Assembly: GCF_006345805.1 (NCBI RefSeq)
Contig: NC_042997.1
Span: 69,936,001-70,000,000, forward strand
Direction: 5' to 3'
Source of the DNA: Octopus sinensis
Taxonomy: Eukaryota
DNA length: 64,000 bases
In this document: positions 12,160-24,934 of the stretch, one piece after another
Layout of the letters: each line of letters opens with the position of its first letter
Numbering within the stretch: position 1 is the first letter of the stretch
Translations under genes and position numbers: made by a program
The notes under the pieces: generated by a model
Database searches by the model: none
Told to the model about the DNA's origin: nothing
What the model saw: the letters and a program-made list of their open reading frames with translations, nothing else

Positions 12160-12645
12160 CCAAAGGTGTTAGGTAATGCTGAGTAAGTGCTATGGACAGA
12201 CTATAGTTAAGCTCCGGTTTCGGTGATTATGCGAATGAGGAGTTCAACGTATGTTAAATATTAGCGTGCATATATATAAAAAAGTTAACAGAATGAGATT
12301 AAAATCCAAGGCTGTGAAATATTTCAGAAAATAAGGAAAAGAGGTCTTATAGCTGTTTCCGGGATATTGTATATATCCCTTCATCGGAGACGGCACGAGA
12401 AAATGGTTAAGCAATAGTTATTCTAGAGATGATATGAAATAGAGCGTGAAGTGGAGGAATGAAAACAGACGTGAGATATGCAGGGATATTGGATCTGCAG
12501 TTCCATTATTTAAGCAGTATGGTATACACATAAGCTTCTTGTGCCAGGAAACTTATATGTATACCATTCAAACCAGCTGTAAGACTTTCTCTTTATAAAT
12601 GTTCTGAAATATTTCACAGCCTTGGATTTTTATCTCATTCTGATA
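12160..12645. mobile_element. PLE-type terminal (pLTR) sequence as an inverted pair
   Basis: 12290-12360 is the reverse complement of 12570-12640 (CAGCTGTAAGAC..CTGAAATATTTCACAGCCTTGGATT); related to 44200-44560. Confidence 0.7.
12344..12391 (-). ncRNA. Type I hammerhead-like motif (U4C core; stem III damaged)
   Basis: GTCT-CCGATGA-A GGGATAT ATACA ATATCCC G-GAAA-CAGCTAT-A-AGAC; sister copies at 12575 and 44383 retain palindromic CAGCTG (CAGCTGTAAGAC). Confidence 0.6.
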
Positions 12646-12654
12646 ATTTATATA

Positions 12655-13000
12655 TATATAGCCTCCAACAATATCAGAGACCTGGGTGTAATTGTTGATG
12701 ACGATCTCAGTTGGAGTGCACACATCAACAAGAAGGTCGATATAGCTCGTAGGATGAGTTCCTGGATCTTAAGAACTTTCCGGTCCAGAGAACAAGGTGT
12801 CATCATACCACTTTTCTCCTCCTTTGTACGGCCCCGCCTTGAATACTGCTGCCCACTGTGGTCTCCCCCGAGGGAGATCAAAGAGGAAAAGGATCCCATC
12901 AACTTTAAACGGAGTCTGGATAGATTCATTCAAAGAATACCAGGTAAGCCACCCATAATTGGATACAACTAACCCAACAAGAACTCACTACTTGAACAAA
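12655..13000 (+). mobile_element. CR1-like LINE 3' fragment with internal deletion
   Basis: IRDLGVIVDDDLSWSAHINKKV..WILRTF..VRPRLEYCCPLWSP, then FKRSLDRFIQRIPGKP. Confidence 0.85.
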
Positions 13001-13121
13001 ACTTAACTTAAACAAAACTTGACTTAAACAGGATTCGAATAATCCTATCAAGTGGTGCTATTAAGTTAGACATGGTCTGGACCAATCTTTGGTCGAAACA
13101 TATCTAAGTTATCTAAGTTAT

Positions 13122-13169
<48 letters not shown>

Positions 13170-13184
13170 ACTCTTTATTCTTAC

Positions 13185-13500
13185 TCTTTTACTTGTTTCA
13201 GTCATTTGACTGCGGCCATGCTGGAGCACCGCCTTTAATCGAGAAACTCGACCCCAGCACTTATTCTTTGTAAGCCCAGTACTTATTCTATCGGTCTGTT
13301 TTGCCGAACCGCTAGGTGACGGGAACATAAACACACCAGCATTGGTCGTCAAGTGATGGTGGGGGACAAACACAGAGGCACAAATACATACATACATTAT
13401 GGCTGCCCCTCGTTATTGAGTATGGCCATTGTACGAAGCTTAAATGTTACTGTTACGTCGGTTGTCAAGCAATGCTAGGGGGACAAACACGGACACACAA

Positions 13501-13520
<20 letters not shown>
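13185..13520 (-). mobile_element. SINE family A (3' half) interrupted by a ~110 bp SINE-flank plus RTE-terminus segment
   Basis: 13345-13450 is nearly identical to 10965-11070; the host SINE resumes at GTCGGTTGTCAAGCAATGCTAGG (~13456). Confidence 0.75.
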
Positions 13521-13547
<27 letters not shown>

Positions 13548-14069
13548 TATATATATATAATATATAATATATATATTATAAATTTGTTTATGAGAAACGT
13601 TTTGAATTTGCAAATAAAGTTCATATTCCATTATGCCAGTTAGTTTAATGATACTGACTGGTGGTGTTCCAGTTTTTGGGAGTTGCATAGAGCTGTACCG
13701 ATATAATGTAGGATATATATAGTAATAATAACAATAATCCTTGGATGGAATTTATAAATATTTTAATGTATCGCTACGCTCGTTTCCACAAATCGCTTAT
13801 CTCTTGAAATCACAGTCCGTATTCTTGGGATGATTATAATGTAGTTCGTAGTATCCGAGGGTATCAGGTAGATTATCTTCCTAAATTCATTTCTTCAAGC
13901 AATTAAATATTAATAGATACTTAACTGAGGTTGTTTTCCCTTTTGTACAATGTGAACTGCGTCCATGCTGGAACATTACCTTGAAGTATATTTCAGTCGG
14001 ATGATCTCATATTTATTTTCTTTGTAAGCATGGTACTTATTTTATTCGTCTCTCCAGTCGAGCATCTAA

Positions 14070-14118
<49 letters not shown>

Positions 14119-14172
14119 ATATATATTATATATATATATATATGTATGTATGTGTGTGTGTGTGTATGTGTG

Positions 14173-14578
14173 TGTAAATAAGTAACAAAGATATCCAGGT
14201 ATCAATCCATTACGGCCGTTTCGAGCGGCTCCATTTAATCGGTCAATGAAAACATTATATCAATTTGAAAGAAACCTCTGCGTCCTGACGCAGATGACCA
14301 TACAAATTTCTAACATAAAGAATAAACTATTTTTAACAAATTTATATCAGTACTAGGGACCAAGATAATTACATTGTTACCTTATTTTGGTATGTAGTAC
14401 TTGATATGAATTTTTAAAAAATGGTTTATCCTTTATATTCGAAATCTATATGGTCATCTACTTCTGACGAGAGCGGTTTCTTTCAAATTGATGCCATGTT
14501 TTCATTGATCGATTAAATGGAGCCGCCCGAAACGGGCCGTAATGCATTGATAACTGGCATCCTTGTTGCTTATTTACA
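14173..14578. mobile_element. Foldback/MITE, ~400 bp imperfect palindrome
   Basis: TGTAAATAAGTAACAAAG..GGCCGTTTCGAGCGGCTCCATTTAATCG mirrored by CGATTAAATGGAGCCGCCCGAAACGGGCC..CTTGTTGCTTATTTACA. Confidence 0.85.
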
Positions 14579-14854
14579 TATTATATAATCTACCTTTGAG
14601 CTGCGCGGACTATACGGAACTGGCTTGCTGCCTCAATTTAAGTACCTAATTCCACTGAATCTTAATTATATTTTATATGTACAAACACACATACACACAC
14701 ACACACATACACACACACACAAACACACACATATATACTTACACGCATACATCCACACACATACATACATACGTACGTACATACATACATACATACATAC
14801 ATACAAACATACATACATACATACATACATACATACATTCATGCATACATGCTA

Positions 14855-16212
14855 GAAATTTCAATATAACTCATAATTTCTTTGTAGGTGACCTCAAGAT
14901 TTATGCTAAAAGTGTTAACAATGCCAAAAAACAACTGGAATTGATAACAGCATTTTCAGTTGATATAGGCAGGGAATTTGGTCAAAAGAAATGTTAATAT
15001 CTGGTTGTAGAACGAGGAAAGTCAGTCCTCCAAACCCCAAACCTTTACATCAACGGTCTCTCTATCTCCCCCGTTCCACACAAAGAATGTTACAAGTACC
15101 TAGGCATAGATGAAAATGTATCATATGAAAGCACTGCGAATAAAGGTAGAGTGACCCGAGAATATTGCAACAGAATTAGGAAAATATGGCAGTTGGAACT
15201 CTCCTCTCGCAACAAAGCAATATCCCACAATGCATTTGCAGTAATAGAACAGATCCCAATATTTGGGATACTTGATTGGTCTGTAGAGGAAATCCACTCC
15301 ATAGATATCAAAACCCGCAAAATCCCGACAATAACTTGGAACTTCCACAGAAACAGTGATGTTGACAGGCTCTACCTAAGAAGAAATGAAGGTGGTAGAG
15401 GCTTGAGATCAGTATAGATAAACTTCGAATGCCGTATGGTATCACTGAGGCGTTTGCAATCTAGGAACAGGAGATTGCCACAAAGTACCTGGTGAACAAG
15501 AGATACTGTGACGCTCTTGTAAGCTCAAGGTGCAATTGCATGTGTAGGTTATATCATGTTTCTGTGGAAGACATCACGCATGTGAGTAGCAGCTGTCCTA
15601 AAATGTCATCAGGATACTACCTCCCTATGCGACACGATGGTGTTGCTGAAACAATTTACAATGCCTTCCGTAAAAAAGACTGTCTTGAAATATACTTAGA
15701 AAATCCTTCTGTTATGAAATACATTCATAAACACCAATTCAAGGAATACTGGTGGAATATTCTCATCAAAACTTCTGTCAAATGTAAACATAACAGGCCT
15801 GATGTTGCTGTTTGGGACAGAGGGGCAAAGGTATGTACCGTCATGGAGGTCAGCTGCCCTGTAGATATAAATATCTCTTTGAAAATCAAAGAAAAAGAGG
15901 ATATCTATGGACAGCTGCTTTGAAACATCTAGCTTCTCTATCCAGACTATAAATTCATATTCATACCAGTAATAATTGGAGCACTGGATTTTGTTAGTAA
16001 ATGCTGGGATTTTTATTAAGGGAAATCGACCGGCTAATTAATACATTACAAGTCCAATCTGCGGGTGGAACAGTAAAAATATTTAAGACTTTTCTCAAGT
16101 TCCAAATATGAATTTGTCTGTGTTAACTACATCCCAAAGATGGAGCCTTGTATGTTTGTTAGAAACTAGCTATCTCCTCAGAGGAAGATTTCTAATAATT
16201 AAAAATAGAAGA
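14855..16212 (+). mobile_element. R4/Dong-clade non-LTR retrotransposon, 5'-truncated and decayed (RT end, CCHC finger, restriction-like endonuclease)
   Basis: FVGDLKIYAK, YKYLGI, SDVDRLYLRRNEGGRGL, CRLYHVSVEDITHVSSSCP, RHDGV, NRPDVAVWD..MEVSCP..KEKEDIY; several stops and a deletion. Confidence 0.88.
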
Positions 16213-16879
16213 CACATACATACATACATACATACATACATACATACATACATACATACATACATACATACATACGTACGTACGTACGTACGTACGTACA
16301 TACATACATACATATATACATACATACATACATACATACATACATACATACATACGTACATACATACATGCATACATACATACATATGCATACCCTCATA
16401 TATACATGTACATAAAAAGAGATAGCTTGCTAGCTAGCTAGATAGATAGATGAAGTTGGAGAAAACTACACGCTCCCTTGAGAGTGTTGCGTGCAATAAT
16501 TGTCGTGTTTGTAGTTATTGTAAGGTCGATGTCACCTTTGTTTCTTTTTTTTTTTCGTTTTGTTTTTTGTTGATATCTGTCTTACAAACGTCACACGATC
16601 ACAGCAGAAGGAATGTCAAACGTAGGGACAAATGCGGGATGCAGTGGAGCAGCTTGGATCTTATTGCAACTCTAAACGTATATTTGTCATTGTATGCTGA
16701 TCGCATTCTGTTGATGATATTCGAATCCACATCATCTTTGTAGTTATCATCATCATCATCGTCATCGTCGTCATTTTCTTTGCCATCATCAGCATCAGCA
16801 ACAGCAAATCGTGATGGCTCTAGTATTTTCACTGTCACTACACATTTACTATAATAATCCTTTCCACTATAGGCTCAAT

Positions 16880-17072
16880 GTCTGAAGTTTTGGGGTAGAA
16901 AGCAAGTTATTTACATCAACCCCAGTCTTCAGCTGGTTCTTATTTCATCAACCTGGTAGGAGGAAAAGCAAAGTCGACCTCAGCGGAATTTGTGCTCAGA
17001 GGTAAAGATGAATGAATGCCCCTAAGTATTTCGTCCGATGTGCTAACCGTTCTGCCAGCTCACTGCTTAACA
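16880..17072 (-). mobile_element. SINE family B
   Basis: AAAGTCGACCTCAGCGGAATTTG..GTGCTAACCGTTCTGCCAGCTC is the reverse complement of the family head. Confidence 0.8.
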
Positions 17073-18467
17073 CACACTCTTAGGAAAGCAATCGTCGACA
17101 ACTATATCAGAATGATAACTTCTGTCACCACTACAAGCGTAACGTAATATTCGTAACACCACCTTAACACTATAACCATCAGTGATTCAACCATGGGTAC
17201 ACCACCACCACCAGTATCACCAACAGCACCAAACAAATCGTCTACAATCACAAGATCACCGACCACACCACACCACACCACACCACACCACACCACACTA
17301 CACCACACCACTGCCATCGGTTTTATCAGTGCAACTCGCTCACCTTTTTTTTTCTATCTTAAGCTCATTTATTGGAAATCACTGCTTCGAAGTATCCCTC
17401 CGCCCACCTCCTGGCTTTTATTTTAGCTTACTGCACTACTTTCAATCTCAGTACCAAATCCCCACTTCAACCAGCCTCATACCACTTTACCCTTTTCCTG
17501 AGTCTTATCAACAACATCAAATGGAGGCTGTCAACATCTACTTGTCAACCATAACTGATGTGTAACGTACAAATGTCCCAGAAACACGCGTACACACACC
17601 TAGGCATACATACAGACACAAAGGCACATATAAGCAGAGAGACACGCAGGCAAATATAGTATATACAGCTACACACACAAAATCTATTCTGTCTTTGCGC
17701 AAACACATTTGTGTTACACCTGCGTTTCAACATATTGTCTCTTCTTCGCTATTTATATTTTTATTTATTTATTTCTATAATAATTTCCACGTCCTCTTGA
17801 AAACAGTTGAAGTGAGACGGGTTATTTTGAATGAAACGTTGAAGGAGTGAGAGGTTGTCTAAAAGACAATTGGAAAAGGAAAAGGGAAAGAAAAAGAAAG
17901 GATTGACTGGTATCAGGTGGCGTTGGACAGAAGTGGATATAAAGAACAAAAGAACGGAGGCGATAGCGCAGTAGACGAAAATGGTAAGGGAATCAAATTA
18001 TTGGAGATGATGGAGGGTAAAGATAGGTGAGTCGATGAGAAACATATATAACTATATGATGATCTTGACGATAAAGACGACCATATCGATGTTGATGAAG
18101 ATGATGATGAGTCTGATACACTAATGGTGCGATGATATATTGCAAAGTAAAGTAACCTAGTTACATTGTAGGGAGCATACAAGTGGTTACCCGACATGCG
18201 AAGAATAGAAGCCAAGTCATTCTTAAATCATGTTCACTATCTTATTATATATTGCATAACATAATCTGGGTACGAATTCAATTTCTTAATAAATAAATTA
18301 ATTAATAGATAAATAAAAAATAAGATGATAAATGGCCATTGATCATGGTTCTGCGCAGGGTGAGCTAAGATGGTGTTTAGCAACAACAACAACGACACAT
18401 TATAAAGCTCAAATATTACTATTCATAAAACAACTATAACTCACACACACAGACACATACACACATA

Positions 18468-18554
<87 letters not shown>

Positions 18555-18624
18555 TTATCATTCTTTCAGTTTGGGTTTCAGGAGGACGCAGCTGTTTAAC
18601 AGCTTCCAAAACTACCTCAGAGAT

Positions 18625-18845
18625 ATGCGAGATGTAGATGTAGAGACCTAAAAAAAAATGTGGTCAAATTTCCATCTGAAATCCCAGATGAACACACATC
18701 GCGGTAGGAGGCAAAAGGAAGAGCAGCTTCGTCCTAACTTGCTTCTTCATAAAAACAGTATAGAAAGGTGACCCAAACACACTGTAAGGCGGTGCTGCAG
18801 CATAGTGCCAGCCTTTGGTTGAAACCAGTAAGAGATGAAAGATTA
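18625..18845 (+). mobile_element. CR1-like LINE extreme 3' end
   Basis: Decayed [17 protein letters not shown]-terminus, then 3' UTR AAGGCGGTGCTGCAGCAT..TTGAAACCAGTAAG. Confidence 0.7.
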
Positions 18846-18871
18846 CACACACACACAACGCATATACATAC

Positions 18872-18997
<126 letters not shown>

Positions 18998-19057
18998 TAT
19001 ATATATATACATACATATAGATATACGTGCATACACACACATATATATATGTGTGTG

Positions 19058-19100
<43 letters not shown>

Positions 19101-19134
19101 ATATATATATATAAATAAATATATATATATATTA

Positions 19135-19430
19135 GACGTTTCAGCCATGCGGCTGGGATCATACTGGAGTACAACCGTGGGCGTTCTGATTTCCTCAGCC
19201 TGGGGCGTTTCACTTCACCACTCCTGCATGTGCCTTTGTCCCAGCTGTTGGTCCATTTGGTGTATAAGGGAGTTTTAATCCACTGCCCTCGTCTGCATCT
19301 CATGTCGGGCTGTTGGTTCATCCGGTATTGTGGAGAGGAGGATGTCTAGTTCCTTTCTTAATTTTTGTAGCAGGGCATTGAAAACCTGTGGGCCTTTGGA
19401 CCCTAGATTATTGCAGTACCTAAAATGCTA
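19135..19430 (-). mobile_element. CR1-like LINE 3' end
   Basis: [47 protein letters not shown] plus tail GTACTCCAGTATGATCCCAGCC..GCTGAAAC. Confidence 0.8.
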
Positions 19431-19639
19431 AGAAAAAGTGTATTTTTCTACTTCCGGGGTAAACGAGTTGGATGCACAAATACGTCTAAGGCTTCACCAA
19501 ATGAAACATAAAAAATGTTTCTTTTTACATGAATAAAGTAATAAAAAAAAGCAAAAAATTCTAGGAGAGCGAAATGAATACCTTCGCTCCAACAAAAGAC
19601 ATCTGCAACAATTAATATAATATATTTTCTGATTTAGTC

Positions 19640-19845
19640 ACAAAGTAAGCAATTTCAATGGCGAAGATTAGCTGATTACACTTGATCACCAACCACCACC
19701 ATCACCACTTTATTTTATCGACTACAAGAGGATAAAAAGCCATGTTAACCTCTGTAGAATTTGACTTCGGAACATAAAAAGAAGGAGGAAAAGCACTGCA
19801 AGAGAATTTTGAAGGCACCCCTAACAATTCAGCCAAACCTCTACC
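19640..19845 (-). mobile_element. SINE family B, degenerate
   Basis: TTATTTTATCGAC..GGATAAAAAGCCATGTTAACCTC..GAATTTGA matches the reverse complement of the family core. Confidence 0.6.
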
Positions 19846-19974
19846 CAAATTATGATAATTTTTAATAACATATGTAATGGCGACACATTGGCAGAGTTAT
19901 TATAGCGTCGGAGAGACATTTGTATCGACTTTCCGATGTCTAGTTTCAAATACTGCTACCGCACACTTTAAAAA

Positions 19975-20190
19975 GGAGGCAACGAGGTAGCAAAATCGTT
20001 ACCGCGCCGGGCAAATTGCTTAGTTGCATTTCGTTCGTTTTTACGTTCTGAGTTCAAATTCCACTAAGTTTGACTTTAACTTTCAACCTTCCGGGGTCAA
20101 TAAAATAAATAACAGTGGAATACTGGGGTCAATGTAATCGACTTACACCTTCCCCCATATTTGCTGGCCTTGTGTCAACATTCGAAAAGA
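19975..20190 (+). mobile_element. SINE family B
   Basis: CGCCGGGCAAATTGCTTAG..GTTCTGAGTTCAAATTCC..CTGGGGTCAATGTAATCGAC. Confidence 0.85.
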
Positions 20191-20667
20191 ATAACATATG
20201 TAGAGACAAGCACATTCAGAAAATATAATGCAAAAGACTACAATAAATTATCAATATGTCAAGAAATATGTTGATTGTTCTACAACTTAGTTTTCTATAT
20301 TTTATGTATATTTCGATACTTCCGCACTTAATGTCAACTAGGAGCAAACTATTACCCCACCACCACCACCACCACCACCAACAACAACAACTGAAGCGTT
20401 TGTAAATTAGACTGGTCAGACGTCCTCATGAAGTGTAACACTTATTGATAGAAAAAATATGACACGACGAAAAAATACGTACCACTCGATGAAATAAACA
20501 TTGAATTCAATATACTGAGGCAGTCCCCAGAAGACCACGCCTCACACAGTTTATTAAAACCCATAAAGGTATACGCATTGATAGAGTCAATAATGCTTTC
20601 GAAATCAAACACTCCCATACAGTTGGCAGACCTCATTTTGCCCATATATATATATATAATATATATA

Positions 20668-20708
<41 letters not shown>

Positions 20709-20783
20709 TAGTCCAAACGGGAAAACAGAAAAAACAACAACACGTGGAACAATTACAGTATTATTATTATTAGGCGCTCAGGA

Positions 20784-20818
20784 AAATGACGTTTCGAGCG
20801 GAGCTCTTCGTCGGAAAC
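20784..20818 (-). ncRNA. Minimal hammerhead-like motif (U4C; stem I degraded) in a PLE-type terminus
   Basis: CCGACGA-A GAGC TCC GCTC-GAAA-CGT-C; flank GGCGCTCAGGAAA shared with the PLE end at 24.6-24.8 kb. Confidence 0.55.
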
Positions 20819-21155
20819 ATAGGAGAAAGAAAGATCCCGAGACGGGAGGACAGAGGAAAAAAAATTGCAGGTAGTCTTCACGAGGTCACATACTGGAAAG
20901 ACGGAAGTGGTAAAAAAGGAGGAAAATGTTTTTTAAAAACAGGAGAGCTGAATCAAAGAGTATATATACACACACACACACACTCACTTCAAATATGCCT
21001 TATATTCACATACGTATGTATGTGTGTGTGTATATATACACATACATATATACATATATATATATATGTATATATATATATGTATTCATATATATATGTG
21101 TATATTTCTATATACATACACATACGCACGCACACACACGCACACACGCACACGC

Positions 21156-21186
<31 letters not shown>

Positions 21187-21698
21187 TAATTCTTCTGTCC
21201 ATCTACAACTCTCTCTCCCCTCCTTAATTATTTTGTTCCTCTGCTTCTATTTTTCTCTCTCTTCTCTTCCCACGTGGCCGATCGGTCTACTGCTCGTTCT
21301 CTCTGGGTCTGACCGTCGTCCGTGCAACATCGATATTCTTCTCTGTGCCTGTAAAATTTATGTATCTCTGCCGTGAGGCTTCATTTCCACACGCGTCAGC
21401 TTAATCTAATTCGTCCCCAGTCGAAAGACACCTGTTCTTATACCCTGTCACTATTTTTATTATTTTGATTGTTTTTATATTTGTATTTATTTTATTTATA
21501 CTTGTGTAACATTGTCTGTTTTTCCGTCCTTGTTTTTGTATATATTCGATGCTTTCTTCCAAGGAATCTAATGCTCTTAGCTTAGTTTTTCCTTGGGGCT
21601 GGTCAGATTGGAGCAACTCAAGATTAATCAGCCGAAATTGCGAGGGTAATCCGGTTCTTGACTGAGGATAGAAAGATTCGAATGACCTTGTTTTTTTG

Positions 21699-21746
<48 letters not shown>

Positions 21747-21754
21747 TATATATA

Positions 21755-21992
21755 CTTTATTAAAAAGCAGCAAAAATATCACAAAAACTGTTACTCAGAG
21801 TTTCACGCTCCCGTTCGTTGGAGAAACCTGTATACTTTACTTTCTAATCAAAACTGTCCGACGAAGAGGAACGTGAAACTCTGAGTAACAGTTTTTGTAA
21901 TATTTTTGTTGCTTTTTAATAAAGCATATTACTCTATTTCTGGTATTCGAGTACTATTTTTTCCACCTCACTTCGCATTTATGTGTTTACTC
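21755..21992. mobile_element. Short palindromic hammerhead-bearing element (family D), longest copy
   Basis: Inverted arms 21755-21821 and 21850-21924, each with a hammerhead-like motif, plus an unpaired ~68 nt tail; flanked by TA-rich repeats. Confidence 0.8.
21850..21895 (+). ncRNA. Type I hammerhead-like motif, family D
   Basis: AAAACTGT-CCGACGA-AGAGGAACGT-GAAA-CTCTGAGT-A-ACAGTTTT: 8 bp stem I, near-palindromic stem III, cleavage predicted after 21887. The inverted copy preserves stem II ACG GGAG CGT. Confidence 0.65.
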
Positions 21993-22020
21993 TTGTATAC
22001 ATACATACATACGTACACAC

Positions 22021-22099
<79 letters not shown>

Positions 22100-22127
22100 T
22101 ATATATATATATGTATATATATGTATG

Positions 22128-22174
<47 letters not shown>

Positions 22175-22184
22175 GTATGTATGT

Positions 22185-22248
<64 letters not shown>

Positions 22249-22249
22249 A

Positions 22250-22645
22250 GGCGCAGGAGTGGCTGTGTGGTAAGTAGCTTGTTTACCAACCACATGGTTC
22301 CGGGTTCTGTCCCACTGCGTGGCACCTTGGGCAAGTGTCTTCTATTATAGCCTCGGGCCGACCAAAGCCCTGTGAGTGGATTTGGTAGACGGAAACTGAA
22401 AGAAACCCGTCGTATATATGTATATATATATATGAGTGTGTGTGTGTGTCTGTGTTTGTCCCCCTAGCATTGCTTGACAACCGATGCTGGTGTGTTTATA
22501 TTCCCCGTTACTTAGCGGTTCGGCAAAAGAGACCGATAGAATAAGTACTGGGCTTACAAAAGAATAAGTCCCGGGATCGAGTTGCTCGATTAAAGGCGGT
22601 GCTCCAGCATGGCCGCAGTCAAATGACTGAAACAAGTGAAAAAAA
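22250..22645 (+). mobile_element. SINE family A, full-length reference copy
   Basis: A-box-like GTGGCTGTGTGGTAAG, B-box-like GGTTCTGTCC, CCTTGGGCAAGTGTC CORE-like block, internal (TA)n(TG)n, tail AAGGCGGTGCTCCAGCATGGCCGCAGTCAAATGACTGAAAC. Confidence 0.92.
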
Positions 22646-22659
22646 AAAATATATATATG

Positions 22660-22734
<75 letters not shown>

Positions 22735-22836
22735 GTGTGTGTGTTGTGTCTGTGTGTAAATGAGTGGAAATTGAACCAGTGAGTGTGTTAAATAATAAGG
22801 CACTAAAAGAGAATGACTCTCCCTAAATACAATGAA

Positions 22837-23204
22837 ACTATGAATTAAAATGCACCTGAAATGTGAATACGAACGAATAAAACACGTTTGCGTAAATCGG
22901 ACACCTGAGTATTGAGATATTAGGGGTTTTCAGGTTATAAATACCCAAAACAGTACATAATGGGAAAATTCTCCGAAAATAACTTAACGCTGAAAGGTAA
23001 GAAGCTCTTAACTTTCAATTAGACACAGTGGCTTGACAACGAAAAGATACGGTTTTTTTTTACAGTAAATATTTCTAATTTCGCTTTTGTTAAACACAAT
23101 ATTTTAATCATTTAGAAATATTTTTAAGTGAATGTGATTTCAACAATGTAAGTTGTTTGTACACTAAGTATTTATACTTTAGCTTTCTTTAAACAGACAA
23201 TATT
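22837..23204. repeat. ~360 bp interspersed repeat, copy 2 (copy 1 at 1904-2263)
   Basis: Colinear with 1904-2263. Confidence 0.8.
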
Positions 23205-23393
23205 TTAATGTTCTTTTAGATTATTTTGAAGTGAATACCATTACAAAAATTTATTTTGTAATATTTAAAAATAATTTGAAGTGAAAATGACTTTAAAAAT
23301 ACAGTAAATATTTCATAAAAGACCCGTTCGTAACCTTGGTGTGACATAAATTTTCCCGTAGGTTTTTTCGAGTGCATTCAGCGTATCTCACCG

Positions 23394-23516
23394 CCAAAGA
23401 TTTGACTGCTATTTCTAGGACGCCCTGCTACCACGTAACAGGTATTTCAGGTCCTTTATCGCAAATATCTGCTACGTGGTAGCAGGGCGTCCTAGAAATA
23501 GCAGCCAAATCTTTGG
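23394..23516. repeat. Inverted repeat, 44 bp arms, 35 nt spacer
   Basis: CCAAAGATTTGACTGCTATTTCTAGGACGCCCTGCTACCACGTA and its reverse complement with one mismatch. Confidence 0.9.
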
Positions 23517-24251
23517 GCATGCAAGAGATAGCAGCCAAATCTTTCCTTTTCTGTGGAAGGGAGCCGTTTACGCGTGATTTTCTATGAAAGGTTAAATCCT
23601 ATATATGAGTATATTATGAAGAATAAATAGATATTTCATTGTCTTTTGTGTAATTTTTATGTTTAAATTATCCAGTGAGATCCTATGTTATTGAATATAA
23701 TAATTCTTCAGTTATTATGAAATAAGTTTAATTACTATAGAAGGGTTTATTATATTAAATGAATAAATAAATACATAAGTAATTAATTTACCCAAGTTTT
23801 TATTAAGCATCACATAGAATTATTATCAGTAGTTTTTATTCTTTAATTATCTATTAAGCATAACGTAGCATTTTTGTCTCCTTTTTTGTTCTTCAGATAT
23901 TCAATGATGACATCAATTTTAGTAGATAAATATATTCGCTTTCTATGTTAGGTATTTTAATATTTTCCTTTTTATACTTATGTAGATTTCAAATAGTAAA
24001 AAAATATGGAATTAATATGGTATTTTTAATATTTTATTTCTATAAACTAAACTAGTTATTCAATGACGTCCCTCTTGTTTGAATGAATGGATGTCTAAAG
24101 TTAAATTTGGTTTGCATTTTCGTTTTTCACAGGTAAAATCTTTTCAGATGTTCAGTTAAATTTTCACCAGAATTACCTCGATAATTTTATGCTGACATAA
24201 ATTTTCGTACATATAATTTTTAACAACAGATATATATATATATACATAATA

Positions 24252-24326
<75 letters not shown>

Positions 24327-24713
24327 TAATAAAATAGAATATATGCATTATATAAACATATATGTACGTACCTACCTCTACATGTACATATACACGCATA
24401 TATGTGTACAGGACACCAAAAAGACGTCGAACACATAGAGAGACGAAACACATAGACACAAACCAAGGAACAAGACAAGCAAAAAAAGGGAGAGATACAG
24501 GACAATAAGCACAACGAAAAATCCCCTTCTTCAGTCGCTAAGATTTCATCTACTAAACGTTTATATATATATATAACGGGAAGCTTTATGAAAATAAACA
24601 AAAGACGAAGGCAGGTGGAAAACAAACGAATTAGTTTGTATTAGTATGGCGCTCAGGAAATATAAATAAATATAAATATAAATATAAATATAAATAAATA
24701 TAAATAAAACAAG

Positions 24714-24751
24714 TCTTTAACGTTTCGAGCCTACGCTCTTCAACAGAAAGA
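24714..24751 (-). ncRNA. Minimal hammerhead-like motif (A6U core variant)
   Basis: TCTTT-CTGTTGA-A GAGC GTAG GCTC-GAAA-CGT-T-AAAGA: 5 bp stem I, ACGT palindromic stem III. Confidence 0.6.
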
Positions 24752-24934
24752 TACACAGAGAGAGAAAAACACAGAAAGAAGGAGAGAAAAAAAATGCGTG
24801 CAGTAGCTAACGAATCAACATGGCGATCTGATTTCGGCCAGAGGTCAAAGATCAAACATGAGACGCGAGAGCGAAATAAGGGGAGATAATAGGGTTGATA
24901 AAAGGGTTGAGGGACCAGCTAAAAGTGCGTGGGA

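Noticed and set aside
13050-13095. Hammerhead-like GACCA..TGGTC-GAAACATA-TCTAA
   Set aside because: The CUGANGA core is absent; at best a deleted relic.
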